From positions 42,532,001-42,596,000 of the forward strand of contig OZ024746.1 in NCBI GenBank assembly GCA_964016885.1: a stretch of DNA of 64,000 bases. The letters are read 5' to 3'. The notes beneath the pieces are model-generated. The model saw only the letters and a program-made list of their open reading frames with translations. It searched no databases and was not told where the DNA came from. The translations under genes and the position numbers were made by a program. This DNA is from Eledone cirrhosa. Its lineage: Eukaryota. Shown in pieces: positions 14,851-29,657 of this stretch (position 1 is the first letter of the stretch; each line of letters begins with the position of its first letter).

Positions 14851-15770
14851 ATAAGCTAGACACTGACAGCAGTAGAGAATCCAAAAATTTTATAATTAAC
14901 AGAATATATAATTTTATGTTTATATATTCACACATCTTACTTTGTTCATGCATGCATACATGCATATATACATGCATGCACTCATATATACATGCATGCA
15001 TACATATATACATACATATTTAGAAGAAAATATATTTTCTCGAAGAGATATCAATTTTAACAGAAGGAAAAATATTTTAAAATATATTCGATTAAAATTG
15101 GATAGAAGATATTTGGATTTAAAAACAAAACAAAAAATAAAAGAGAAAACTAATTGATATTGTCATAAAAATGCTAATGAATACACTCTTAATATTAAAT
15201 TGTCAAATGCTATTGATGAATATATGGATATAAAGAACTACATTCTTAGTTTCCTCCCTTAGATAGAGTTTAAAAATTTATTTCAGATGTTACAGCCAAT
15301 GATATATTTTTCGATAATTGATTTCAAATGAAATAGTATGCACGCACACTACAAGTGAAGAAAATATCATGATCAGAGAATATTTTGGCATCAATCATTC
15401 TATTTTTATTTTTTTTCCCTCAAATTAATGTATTGCTACTACTATGTAGAAAGATTAGTCTGAGAAAGACTGCAAAGTCTATGGGTACTCCTACTACTCC
15501 TCACAGTAGTAAATAACAAATTAAATCTCATTTGTGTCAGTGGCAGCAATTCAGAAGTTTATGTACACGCATACACACACACATATATATATATCATCAT
15601 ACATATATACATATAAATATACATACATACATCATTTAATGTCTGTTTTATACACACACATATATATATATATATATTTAAAACATGTCTATATATATAT
15701 ATATATCATCATACATACATATACAAATATACATACATACATCATTTAATGTGTTTTATACACATCTACT

Positions 15771-15802
<32 letters not shown>

Positions 15803-16882
15803 TATATAATCACATGCCTATATCTTTGTTAAATGCTGAGTCAGGGAGTGAAGGGCGGTTTTATAACTGGTTATTTTTTCAACTGGTATATTGACTGTTG
15901 AGTGAGAAGGCAGAGCGTGTTATTTGGAAGCCTAGGTCTTGGCGAATACTTGAAACAAAGTGAACTTCAGTAAGAGCACTAAAGGATCTGGTGATGGTGC
16001 CAAAATGGGCGATAGATTAAGAATACCTCCCAAGATCTCAGAATACAAAGAGCTGAAACAAATATTCCAAGGCATCTAATGCTTTAATTTCTGTTAATCT
16101 GCTGCCCTAAGCAGGTACTTTATTTTGTCAACACTGAAAGAATGAAATACAAATTTGATCTTAAGAGGATTTCAAGTCAGAGTCCTATGCCCTAATGATT
16201 CTACCAATTCACTATTTACAGTATATATCTGTGTAAAATGCACACAGAGTTAATGAAATTTTAACCATAATGTGAGTTAATTCAAATATTTATATTTTAA
16301 AATATTATAAAATTATATTTCCATAGTTTTGATGTTCGGATTTTCCTTAGAGAACTACACCAGACCACCACCACCACCAAAGTTTACTCAATAAAAAAAA
16401 AAAAAAGTGAACCAAATCTATTAATAATCATTGTTAAATCCCTGGCATGATCCTTCAGAATCAATAATAGGCAATTAAAAGAAATTGAACCCTTAATGCC
16501 TTCTCCAAAGTAAGTTAATGCAAGTGAATGCTGCTTCACTTAGGCAGGTATATAGGGTCATTCACTAGTACTCCTTGCTACTATAAACAGTTTACATTAT
16601 TTTTACAGTCACTACGACCATGCAGGTTACATCAACTGCAATACTTCTTTTACTGATTGGAATATTTTTTATTAACCTTCAAAGGAGGAAAAGCCAAATG
16701 AACCTGTGTGGAAAATAAAGAGGCATAACCAAATACCACAAGTTATTTTGTCTGATGCTCCACAAATTATGATATCCAGCATGCATCCATGCATGCACAC
16801 ACATATACATGTAAAGATTTGTTTGATCTGGGCTCATCTGGGGCTAAGCAGCAATAACAATAAATAGATGTATGTATGCATG

Positions 16883-16976
<94 letters not shown>

Positions 16977-16978
<2 letters not shown>

Positions 16979-17730
16979 ATCATCATCAACGTTTAACGTC
17001 CGTGTTCCATGCTTGCATGGGTTTGGACGGGGGTTTTCCCACTTGAGGCAAGAGTGATTGTCTTGCTCGCATAGGACTGTCTGGCGGGTTTTCTACAGCT
17101 GGATGCCCTTCCTAACACCAACCACATTTACAGTGTGGGGCTGGGAGGTTTTTACCGTGTTGCCTACACGGCCACATTACAGCATGGACTGTCTGGCGGG
17201 TTTTCTACAGCTGGATGCCCTTCCTAACACCAACCACATTTACAGTGTGGGGCTGGGAGGTTTTTACTGTGTTGCCTACACGGCCACATTACAGCGTGGA
17301 CTGTCTGGCGGGTTTTCTACAGCTGGATGCCCTTCTTAACACCAACCACATTTACAGTGTGGGGCTGGGAGGTTTTTACCGTGTTGCCTACACGGCCACA
17401 TTACAGCGTGGACTGTGTGTTTTTTTGTCGTGACACCTACACGATCTCATTTGTTTCGGCCTGGATGTTGTGGCACCAACATAACTTTACATTGAAAGGG
17501 GCGGTGTGGATGGGGTGGGGGTGGTGGGACGGGGGTGTATTTTGTTAGAGATGCCTACTGACTGTAGTAGGTTTTACTTTGTATTTAGGTAAGGCGGGTC
17601 TTCTCTATTACTGAGTACCGCCAAAGGTCTCGGTCCAGTGACATTGTCTTGGAGAGGTGTAAGTGTGTGAGGTTGGAATTTATCAGCTCGTCCCAGATTT
17701 TTCTGGGTCTGCCTATTCCGTGGCTACCGT
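16977..17730 (-). mobile_element. RTE LINE 3' fragment with a 3x112-bp tandem expansion in the 3' UTR
   Basis: Reverse complement of the 3' end of the RTE at 52366-53933; (GAT)n tail; flanked by (TA)n on both sides. Confidence 0.9.
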
Positions 17731-17749
17731 CTATATATATATATATATA

Positions 17750-18271
17750 TGTGTCAGGTCACTCTTCAGCGCTACTGTTAACATGTAACCCAATACAACC
17801 AAGCTTACTTGGTGAGGAGGGTGATTTTGAACACTCTGCAGGATGAAAAACAAAATGCATCAAAGGGCGGATGAACTCAGGAGAGTCAACGGCTATCCAA
17901 TAAAGTTTTTTTTTTTTTTTTTGTGGAGCAAGAGACTCCTAGTCTTCATTAAGACATCTCTCTAGGAGAAGGTCACTCTGATATAAAACCTGCGACTTTG
18001 TTTGCATCCAATGATGTAGACCAGTTCTTCTTTTTGGGCAAATGCATTCGATGTTCACAGAGTAGGATTGGCCCTGAGCAAAGCCTTTCCTCACTTAAAA
18101 AAGCTTCAAGCACTGGCATTGCTTGATATGTGACATTTTTTGCGATGCATGGTATTGCTGGCCATAGGCAAGTCCATAGCAAGACTAAAAAGCCACGTCT
18201 GTGATACCCATGCATAAGTATCAAGCGACAGCATTACTTAAAATCATGTTGCAGCCATCATCATCATCACC
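17750..18271 (+). mobile_element. Probable non-autonomous RTE-derived element
   Basis: ctaggagaaggtcactctgatataaaacc resembles RTE 5'UTR motifs; ends in (CAT)n then (TA)n. Confidence 0.4.
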
Positions 18272-20997
18272 ATATATATATATATATTATATATATATAA
18301 ACAAATAAATATATATATATATGCACATTCTATTACATAGTCTATGGTAATGTCTATGTATCTATAAACTTATGCATATTCAATCCATGCACGTGTGTGG
18401 AAGTGTGACTGTGAATGTGTGCATGTGCTAATACATGCAAGATTATAACTAAAGATTTCTATGCACTTTTTCTTTTTCTTTTAAGGTGTATGAAATGTGT
18501 AATTAATTATCATAAATATCTTTATGAATCTTTATTTATATTCACACACATATATACATATATATCATAAACATGCACATACACACACAGATATATATAT
18601 ATATCATAAACACATACACACACACAGATATATATATATATATATCATAAACACACACACACACACACACAGATATATATATCATAAACACACACACAGA
18701 TATATATATCATAAACACACACACACACACACACAGATATATATATATATATATATCATAAACACATACACACACGTGAATGTATGTATATATATATATA
18801 TATGTGTGTGTATGTGTGTGTGTGTGTGTGCGTGTGTACGCGCGCGCGCGTGTGTGTGTATGCATGTGGGTTGTGATTTCTATAAATACAATATAATTTT
18901 AAACTTTGATTATGGTTATGTTCAGAGACAGAGTTAAAGTATATGCTAAACTTATATTCATAACTTGCCATCCTTTAGGCATCACCGCTGGCAGGTTTTT
19001 ATATCTACAGCTGATAAAGATAAAGTATAACTAGATAGATATAGCCTTTTCAAATGAACATTCTAGTTTTACAAATAAATATTTCTTCATTTCTTTATAT
19101 AGGTATCAATATCTGCATCATATGCAAAAAGAAAAATATAAACAACAATATCATCGAATGCCATATACACCCAGACCTTTATAGAACACTAAATGATGTG
19201 CATTTTTCAACCAAAAATGATAAGCTTCAATACAGAAGAGCTGAAGGAAGAATATAAGATGAAAAAATTAATATAGATACTATTCTGATAGCAAAAAAGA
19301 AAATGCAAAATTAGAAAGAAAACATAATGCAAAAAAGATGACCTCTGAAGGTTATTGGAAAGACTTATAGAATCAAATAAATGTATATCTGATCTTCTGT
19401 AAATCTGTAGCTAGAGAATAGTAAAGCAGCCTTGTGACAGAGTGAACAGAAAAATATTGTATGCTAAGTTGGACGAATAGCTCACACTGTAGTAGCAATG
19501 TGATTCTAGTTAATTTATTTCAAGTGTACATAACTGCTTTTACAGACAACCATGTGGAAGAACAGCTACACACAGCCTCTGATGTATGCAGCAACCTATG
19601 AACAAACAGCAGATCAATATCTAACAGAATTTGTTTCAGAATGGAATAGCAGCCATCATCCAATTCATTCTCAGTCAAATTTCATATATCTCTGTTTGAA
19701 GAAGCCAGTGTGTAACTATTGTCACGCATTTTCTCTTCAAATATAGACATACTTATGGAGTAACGGCGCCACTGTACAATGAATCACATAGACTGATCAA
19801 CAGAAAACAGCTTGAATAATGAAGAAAAAGAGACAGAATGAAGAAATAAAATGAAAAGACAGAACTTTGGCAAAATCCCAGTCAAATCATATTGAATGAA
19901 AGATATCACAACTTTTATAATACTGGTTACCTACCCAGTGATGATATGGGTTAGAAATACATTTTTAATATTATATAACATCAATTTTGTATATATTCCT
20001 TTATTCTTTTACTGGTTTCAGTCATGAGGCTGTGGCCATGCTGAGGCACAATCATGATTTAGTCGATTATATTAACGCCAGTACATTTTTTATCAATGCT
20101 TTTTGTCTAACTGTTAAATATGTGTATATATCTATATATAAATGGATATATATAGACATATACACACACATATATATGTATAAACACATATTCCTTTACC
20201 CCCATCTAATGCATCCTCTGTGCAGATGTGACCCCTGGAACAACAATACCCACCACCATCATCATCATCGTTCTTTAATAAGAATTGTCATCATATCATT
20301 TCTGTATCCCTCCATTCTGAGGCTATCCCACCACTTTTTCTCCCACAACACCTTATTAAACACCTCTACAGCTGTCATAAAATCATACTTGTCATCTTTT
20401 CTCGCCCCTCTTATTATGACCACCTGAGCATGGCTGTTTTAGGATAAAGCACCCCCCCCCCCCTGCCACAAGATGGGAGGGCTCTTCAGGCAAGTCAATG
20501 ACAGAACTGCCCTAGTGCTGGTGCCATGATAAAATGTACCCAGGATTCTCTGTAAAGAAGTTGGTGTTAAGATGAACATACAGTCACAAAAATTATGGCA
20601 AAGGCATTGAGAGGATTCTTCAGTTGTGTCAAAACCAGTTCAAATTCTCTAGTGCTGATGCCACAAGAAAATACATCCAGTACACTCTGTAAAGTGGTTG
20701 GCATTAGAAAGGGTATCCAACCATAGAAATTATGAAAAAACAAGAGTATGAGATGATGCATCAGATGTGTGGATGATATGACAACATTCAATGTACCCAG
20801 TACACTCTGCATTGTGATTGGTGATAAGATGGGCATCCAACAGTAGAAATGATGCTGGAGCTGGTATGTAAATAAATGAGATGTGGGACCATAGCCACTC
20901 TCTGACAGGAGAACAACTTTTATTAAGTAACCATCCGGCCATCTTAAGCAAGTATGGTGAGATGGATGTTCAATGATGATTCTTATATATATATATA

Positions 20998-21335
20998 TCA
21001 TCATCATCATCATTTTATGTCCGCTTTTCCCTGCTTGCAAGGGTGGGACGGGAACTGATTCTAGCTGGATTTCTATAGATGGATGCCCTTCCTAACACCA
21101 ACCTCATTTACAGTGAGTGCTGGGTGTTTTTTTGCCATGGCACCCCCACGACCACTTTGCAGTGGAATGATATGGATCCCAGTCCCTATCATCTCATTTC
21201 TACAGCTGAGTAAACTGGAGCAATGTGAAATAAAGTGTGTTGCTCAAGGAAACAACACATCACCCGGTCTGAGAATTGAACTCACAACCTTTCGATTGCA
21301 AGGCCAATGCTCAAACCACTAAGCCATGTGCCTCC
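20998..21335 (-). mobile_element. tRNA-derived SINE, family A (CORE/V-like body, RTE-type tail)
   Basis: Minus strand reads ggaggcacatggcttagtgg (A-box)...gagttcaattc (B-box)...ccttgagcaacacact...aggaagggcatcc...(GAT)n. Confidence 0.88.
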
Positions 21336-21336
21336 A

Positions 21337-21380
<44 letters not shown>

Positions 21381-21460
21381 TATATAACGAAGGAAATGTG
21401 GTAAGGAACCAGGTGGACCATAACGCACCAAAGTACTCAATACTTAGGGTAGTAGAGTGG

Positions 21461-21568
21461 GTAATAGGAACAAGTAAGACCCCGACGGCTGAGCTCAATC
21501 CATTTCGACGGAATTAGTCGTCGAAACGGCTTGAGCTCAGCCGTCGGGGTCTTACTTGTTCCTATTAC
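21461..21568. repeat. Fold-back hairpin of a PLE-like terminus carrying the 3' half of a hammerhead
   Basis: ~50-bp inverted arms; GAAACGGCT-TGAGCTC-AGCCGTC at 21523-21545. Confidence 0.75.
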
Positions 21569-21749
21569 ATATATATATATATATATATATGTAGAAGTTG
21601 TATTTAATTTGTTGGAATTCCAACAAACATAAATGTTTATAACTGATATAGAGCATTCAACAGTAAAATGGAGTAAGTATTCCAAGCGAATTTCCGAACC
21701 GTTAAGGTTGATTTCCATGGGTATGTCATTATTTATAAAACAAATTTTG

Positions 21750-21809
21750 TATTTTATCTGATGAAAGTGCACCAAGCTTGGTCGTCCTTGAAATATATAT
21801 AATAAAATA
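21750..21809 (+). ncRNA. Minimal type I hammerhead ribozyme
   Basis: Stem I TATTTTAT/ATAAAATA; core CTGATGA (21758-64); stem II aag...ctt enclosing palindromic accaagcttggt; GAAA (21790-93); palindromic TATATA stem III; AUA cleavage triplet ending 21801. Confidence 0.8.
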
Positions 21810-22346
21810 GATATGGTTTTATAAATATAGTTTCCATTTATTAATATCTTGGTATATAACAAAGAGGGAGGGGCTGAGAGGACCCTTCAGTCAAGACATA
21901 GCACAACATTCTTTCTAGTGCTGGTGACAGGAAGACATGCAGCCATAGAAAGTTTGCCAAACAAAGGGTTGCGAAGACCTTTTGGTTGTGTCAAAGACAT
22001 AAAAACCTTGCCTGTGCACTTGATAGAACATAACACCATATTGAAGTGAAATGCAGACTAACCTGGCATGTCTGTGAGGTCAGTAGCTCTGCTTCAGCAC
22101 TGGCTTGGTCTATGTAGACTTGTCCAAACCTTGCTAAGGGAAACTCGATGTTAAAGGATGATGATTAATTAGATTTTGCCTTGGACAACATCGCTGGTGT
22201 GTGGAAGGGAGATTGGTATGCAAGTGCTGGCTTTCAAAAAAAACAAACAAAAAACAACTTGCTTGGTCATGTGCCTAAGAGGTGACCTTTCTAGGTGTAA
22301 AACTCTTGGTGATTTCATGACTGAAGGAGGTCTTTACCCATCTTCA

Positions 22347-22378
22347 TATATGTGTATATGTATATATATATATATACG

Positions 22379-22415
<37 letters not shown>

Positions 22416-22644
22416 GTATGTATATGTATATATACATATGTATATGTACATACATATATATATACGTATATATATACATATACGTATATGTATATATATA
22501 TATATATCCGTCCAAACCCATGCAAGGGTCGAAGATGGACGTTAAACGATGCTGATGATGGTGATATATATACGTATGTATATATATGTATGTATATGTA
22601 TATATACATATATATATATATACATATACGTATATATATATACG

Positions 22645-22686
<42 letters not shown>

Positions 22687-22868
22687 TTTATATATATATA
22701 TGTATATATACATATACATACGTATATATACATACGTATATATATATATATACGTATATTTATATATATATACGTATATGTATATATATATATATAAACG
22801 GAAAAAATGAAACGAAATTTCATTTCTCACTCATAGTACGGCTGTTAGATATAGGAATGTGCGTATAC

Positions 22869-22909
<41 letters not shown>

Positions 22910-22910
22910 C

Positions 22911-22955
<45 letters not shown>

Positions 22956-23011
22956 TACATATATATATATATATGTATATATATGTATATATATATATAT
23001 ATGTATGTATG

Positions 23012-23087
<76 letters not shown>
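22347..23087. repeat. Compound (TA)n/(TACG/TATG) microsatellite with short islands
   Basis: Direct; includes an RTE tail remnant at 22507-22563. Confidence 0.9.
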
Positions 23088-23088
<1 letters not shown>

Positions 23089-23752
23089 TAAGGAAAAAAA
23101 TTAGAAATAAGAGGGATCAGATGTTGTTTACTCGAGAGAAGGCTACGTTGGTACGGACACGTGATGCGCATGAAAGACGACAGCTGTATAACAAAGTGCA
23201 GGGCAATAAAGATAGACGGTAGCCACGGAGTAGGCAGGCCCAGAAAAACCTGGGATGAGCTGATAAATTCCGACCTCACGCACTTACACCTCACCAAGAC
23301 AATGTCACTGGACCGAGACCTTTGGCGGTACTCAGTAATAGAGAAGACCCGCCTTACCTAAATACAAAGTAAAACCTACTACAGCCAGTAGGCATCTCTA
23401 ACAAAATACACCCCCGTCCCACCACCCTCACCCCATCCACACCGCCCCTTTCAATGTAAAGTTATGTTGGTGCCACAACATCCACGCCGAAACAAATGAG
23501 ATCGTGTAGGTGTCACGTCAAAAAAACACACAGTTCACGCTGTAATGTGGCCGTGTAGGCAACACGGTAAAAACCTCCCAGCCCCACACTGTAAATGTGG
23601 TTGGTGTTAGGAAGGGCATCCAGCTGTAGAAAACCCGCCAGATAGTCCTATGCGAGCAAGATAATCACTCTTGCCTCAAGTGGGAAAACCCCCGTCCAAA
23701 CCCATGCAAGTGTGGAACACGGACGTTAAACGCTGATGATGATGATGATGAT
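23088..23752 (+). mobile_element. 5'-truncated RTE LINE (C-terminus + 3' UTR)
   Basis: [12 protein letters not shown]...GRPRKTW motif; near-identical to 53269-53933; (GAT)n tail. Confidence 0.92.
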
Positions 23753-23757
23753 GTATG

Positions 23758-23790
<33 letters not shown>

Positions 23791-23791
23791 G

Positions 23792-23876
<85 letters not shown>

Positions 23877-23921
23877 TTTCTGAATTTGTTTAGCAAGATT
23901 CTTTATCATGTGTTGAAACCG

Positions 23922-24106
23922 ATATTGTTATGCTTTGGGAGGGTCATGTTGCCAATAAGAAACACACGCACCAGCTGCTTTCACTCCAATTTATTATAAA
24001 TTAAATTTATAAATTTAATTTATAATAAATTGGAGTGAATGGAGTGAAAGCAACTGGTGCGTGTGTTTCTTATTGGCAACATGACCCTCCCAAAGCATAA
24101 CAATAT
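23922..24106. repeat. Spacer-less palindrome (~88-bp arms)
   Basis: Arms mirror around aaattta|taaattt (24009/24010); right arm has a 9-bp duplication (tggagtgaa). Confidence 0.92.
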
Positions 24107-24196
24107 ATATATATATACACATATACATACGTATATATATATACGTATGTATATATATATATATGTATGTATATATATATGTATGTATATATATAT

Positions 24197-24430
24197 GGAG
24201 GCACATGGCTTAGTGGTTAGAGCATTGGCCTTGCAATCGAAAGGTTGTGAGTTCAATTCTCAGACCGGGTGAAGTGTTGTTTCCTTGAGCAGGACACTTT
24301 ATTTCACATTGCTCCAGTTTACTCAGCTGTAGAAATGAGATGATAGGGAATGGGGTCCATATCATTCCACTGCAAATTGGTCGTGGAGGTGCCACGGCAA
24401 AAAAGCACCCAGCACTCACTGTAAATGAGA
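24197..24430 (+). mobile_element. SINE family A, 3'-truncated
   Basis: Same tRNA head and body as 20998-21335. Confidence 0.85.
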
Positions 24431-25194
<764 letters not shown>

Positions 25195-25244
25195 TATATA
25201 TATATATATATATATACACATATGCATACATATATATATGAATG

Positions 25245-25278
<34 letters not shown>

Positions 25279-25649
25279 TATACGTATATATACATATATA
25301 TATATATGTATATATACATATATATATGTATATATACATATATATATACGTATATATACGCATATATACGTATATATACATATATATATGTATATATACG
25401 TATATATACATGTATATACGTATATATACATGTATATACGTATATATACATATATATATGTATATATACATATATATACATATATATACATATATATATA
25501 CATATATATACATATATATATACATATATATACATATATATATATATATATATGCATATATATATACATATATATACATATATATACATATATATATATA
25601 CGCACATATATATACGTACATATGTATATATATACATATATATATATAC

Positions 25650-25703
<54 letters not shown>
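25195..25703. repeat. (TA)n/(TACA)n microsatellite
   Basis: Direct. Confidence 0.95.
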
Positions 25704-25708
<5 letters not shown>

Positions 25709-25930
25709 GTTTCTAATATGTACCAATTCTCCCCTTCCCCCTTCCATACACCTCCCATGTCTTAACACTTCACCCATCACCAGCTAAGTACCCAACCATA
25801 GACATACTTTTCCAATCCCCATCCTACGCATTCATCCCCTTCTTTCCCCACCTAATGCACCTTTTTTGATCAACCGGCTTTGAAAGATGAACACGCTCTC
25901 CCACAATGCTGTTGAAATTGCTATATATAT

Positions 25931-26488
25931 ACATTGTCAGCCGAGTCGATCGTGAGGATCACCCCGCCGCCTTCATTTAAGAATGAAGGAGAGGCGGTCT
26001 TCCTCTGTCTGGTGGCTATGGCGAAAGAGGTAATATGGTGGACAACGTTAAAAGGACTGAGGGCAAGCACCTTTCTCTCCGAACAACAACTTATCCCCCT
26101 CTTTAAGTACCACTTCAGAAGGAAGGTGAGAGTGGAGAGAGAGGTGCTACACCCCAGTAAATTCGCTGAAAGGTGGGTGAATGTGGCGAAAATGGCCTGG
26201 CTGAATGGGCCTTCTCTGTATACAAACCTGTAGGTTGAGTAAGATAAACAGAGGGAAGACGGGAACACTTACAAAACGTGTTCCTGGTGGTGAGGGTTGT
26301 TCTATCCACAGGGCATAAAACAACCCCACAGTAGCGTTACCCCCCCCCCCCCCTAATGGGGATTTCAATTGTTTTATTTTTATATAGTTTATTGTTATTT
26401 ATCATTGTTAAAGATTTTATGTAAAACCCCTGCCATCACATCTTGTAATATCCCATTCTTGTATGCCCATGTGGCAAATAAAGAAAGA
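25931..26488 (+). mobile_element. L1/Tx1-clade LINE 3' fragment (ORF2 C-terminus + 3' UTR)
   Basis: ORF 25934-26233 VFLCLVAMAKEVIWW...FAERW resembles the Tx1/L1 ORF2 C-terminus; AATAAA near 26477 followed by (TA)n. Confidence 0.65.
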
Positions 26489-28089
26489 TATATATATATA
26501 TATATATATACACATTGTATTTCTTTGTGCATACTATGACATAAGTATAATATGATGCCAGAGTACAGTCATGTCAATGTAAATGTTTTTGTAAACTTAT
26601 ACCATATTTTCCATAAAAATTTCCATCTCACACATAAACATCACTCCGATATTTAGTTTCAATGGCTTGGAACTTGACATGTATTGGTGTTATGATTTAG
26701 CCACCTTTCCCCTGGCTTTCTACTCAATTCATTCTCATGTAGTTGATATTGTGTTTGCTTATCATGATTAGTTTGTTTATCATAAGGCATTTGTTTCAGC
26801 TTGTCTTTGATTCTTTTTTTCTGCAAACTTTGTATTAATGTATTGAGAAATACCAAAGTATTTAATTGATTTTAGTTTAAATGAATCATTATAGGAAGCC
26901 CGTTTGGTTTTCGTATTTGAATCCAACTGCATTCTTCTAAATATTGCTAAGTATGTTGCTACACAAAGGGTTGGGAAGATGCTTCAGTTGTGTCAAAGAC
27001 ATGACAACTTTCTCAGTGCACTCAATAAAACATCAGACCCTACATATGTGGGATGCAGATCCACCTGCCTCTCTGGGAGGTCAGTAGCCACGCTTTAGTA
27101 TTGATTGGTCTATGTAGATTTGTCCAACCCATGCTAACATGGAAAACAAGTGTTAAACAATGATGATATTGCATCACAAATGTTCACAGAAATGTTTTTA
27201 ACTCCTCATAAACTACCAAAGTATTTACCAGAACCAGGGAACACTAACACTACAATTACATTGATGTTATTTTACAAATATATTGATGTTATTTATGTGT
27301 CTAATTTCTTCTTCTATTAGAGTTCTCAATTCATTTATTCTAGTTCTCAAACTGGGTACTGTGTGTCAACAAATGGAGGAATATCTGTTTAGCAAACAAC
27401 AACTTCATAGCATTGGATTCATTATCTTATTGTTTAAGCAGGTAACAGTATATATTTAAAAAAATAGTTAGTCCTCAGTTGCAACAATGATGTTATCATT
27501 ACATCACAGATCTTATGTAGTCCCTTTATTAATATATTTTATTAATTTTCTCTTTGAGACAAGTGACATTCTATTACACTGATTTCCAAATAACAAATAT
27601 TGCCGATATATCAAATACCCTTGTAAACAACTATTAATTTTGAGCATTTTAATAAGAATTTTTTTAGGTCAGTAAAAATCTTTGAAAATTTGTTCTCATA
27701 TATAATACAATCCCCCGATTTTGCCCTTAATTTTAGTTATATCTAATCATCATCATCGTCATCTAATGTCCGTTTTTTTATACAGGCATGTGTTGGAGAA
27801 GTGGATATAAAGCAAGTAATTATCTAATTTGAGTTACTACCTTCTAAGAAGGGAGCAGTGAGAGATGGAGTACACCTTACATAATTTCTATGAGTGGATG
27901 GATGTTCCTATTACCAACTACAGAGTGTACTGAGATTATCTTTATCTAATATTTTAAACTATGATATACAGACACAAGATAACTATTAGCCTTGAAACAT
28001 AGTAACCTCAAAAAGAGAAGAAAATCTATTTGATATATAAAAATATAAAGTCTGTATACAAAATTTCTTCTACCCCCCCCCCCCCCCCA

Positions 28090-28500
28090 CTTCTTCTGTG
28101 CCCACTTATTCCTGAGAGGGTCATAGGGGCAGAATCCTCAAACATTTCTTCCAGAAGCATTTGTTTCCAACAGATCCAGCTGGATCCGCATTCAAGACCA
28201 GCCAAGCTCATGGATATTATCCAACCATCTTGCTATCTCTAGGTCCCTTGCCAGTTGGTCTTGCCCATAAAATCTGTTTAGCAAATCTTTCCTGTGAAAT
28301 TCTAACCACATATCTATAGTATCAGAACTGTAATCCCTGAATTCGGAGAAGTAGCTGCTCTATCTGGAGTGACACTCTGATCTCCATCAACTAACGTTAT
28401 TTCAAAGACCCTTCAGATTTTGGCTGTTTGTATTCACAATTGTATTCTTTCAGTCATTACCCAAGATTCATGACCACAAGTAAGAGCTGGCATGAATACC
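28090..28500 (-). mobile_element. Degraded RTE LINE 3' fragment
   Basis: Reverse-strand homolog of 14600-14850. Confidence 0.6.
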
Positions 28501-29469
28501 AAATTGAACAACTACTGAGACTGTATATAAGACAAATAGTTGTTTAAATCTGTCTATTCACTATCTCAGCTGTGTCACAGATAATTTTCTATACTTGTAA
28601 GTGTATATGTGTGTAAAGTATGAGGGGAAATCAGAAATTATCTTAATCTCATATATGTAAGTATGATACACAGACACAATCTAGCTATTAACTATTGACC
28701 ATTTTAACTGCAAGGGAGAAAAAATAACTCTTCAATACATACAAATCCTTGTTTAAATTCATATATTTACTGTTGTGGTTATGTCATTCATATTAAGAAA
28801 AAATTAAAAATGCAACTTAAAGTTAGTATATTTGAAATCAGTTTAAAAAGTGTGTAAAATATCTAGTTGAAAAAAAGAAGATAACATTTTTAGATATATT
28901 TCATTTAAAACTTTAAAGAAAAATAACCTTTTATTATCCTTTAAGATAAAACAGTTTGACAGTTATGAATCTGGCTGTCATTTCTAGCAATTCAACTAAC
29001 TGCATCAATGCTTCTTCGTTATGTCGTCTTTATGTTTTATGTAACTGTTTTTGCATGCTTTGTTTGCTGTGTCATGAATGTTTGTGTAGATGTGTATGTT
29101 TTATAACTGGGTGTATGTAATGTATGCTGTGAGATTTATTTGTCTATGTGAATGTGTTTAAATAGACAAATTTTCTATGGGATCACATTGTTACACTCAA
29201 GTGTCTATATGTGCAACTGCTATTGTATATATGTATGTTGGTAAAGGCAAACATTTGTAATGGCTGCCTGTAATGCCAGAGAAAACGTTTTGTCTATTGT
29301 TTTACATAATAAAAAATATAATTTCTTTTTGCAAATATTTGGGGATATTTATTTAATGCAAAAATGCATGCTTTTAGGAGAACTTCAAACAAAATATTTT
29401 TAGAGCAGAGTGGAATGTTTGAGCTAAAAGTACGTTACATTCAAACACTCAGAGCTTTAGTATAATATA

Positions 29470-29657
29470 TAATTGTTTCTACTTTTGGCACAAGGCCAGC
29501 AATTACCCAGTGCATTACTGGTACTTTATTTTATCGACCCCGTAAGGATGAAAGGCAAAGTTAACCTCGGGATTTGAACTCAGAATGGCAAGGACCGTAA
29601 CTCTATGCGTCAAAGCATGGCGTCCGATGCTCTACCGATACTGCCAATCCACCGCCT
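29470..29657 (-). mobile_element. SINE family B
   Basis: Reverse complement of 6082-6273; similar tttagtataatatataat sequence on both flanks (possible target-site duplication). Confidence 0.82.

Noticed and set aside
17074-17416. CRISPR-like array
   Set aside because: Whole 112-bp units repeat with no unique spacers; eukaryotic LINE UTR context
24197-24270. tRNA gene (Cys-like loop ttgcaat)
   Set aside because: Anticodon and acceptor stems do not pair well and it continues into a SINE body; it is a SINE head
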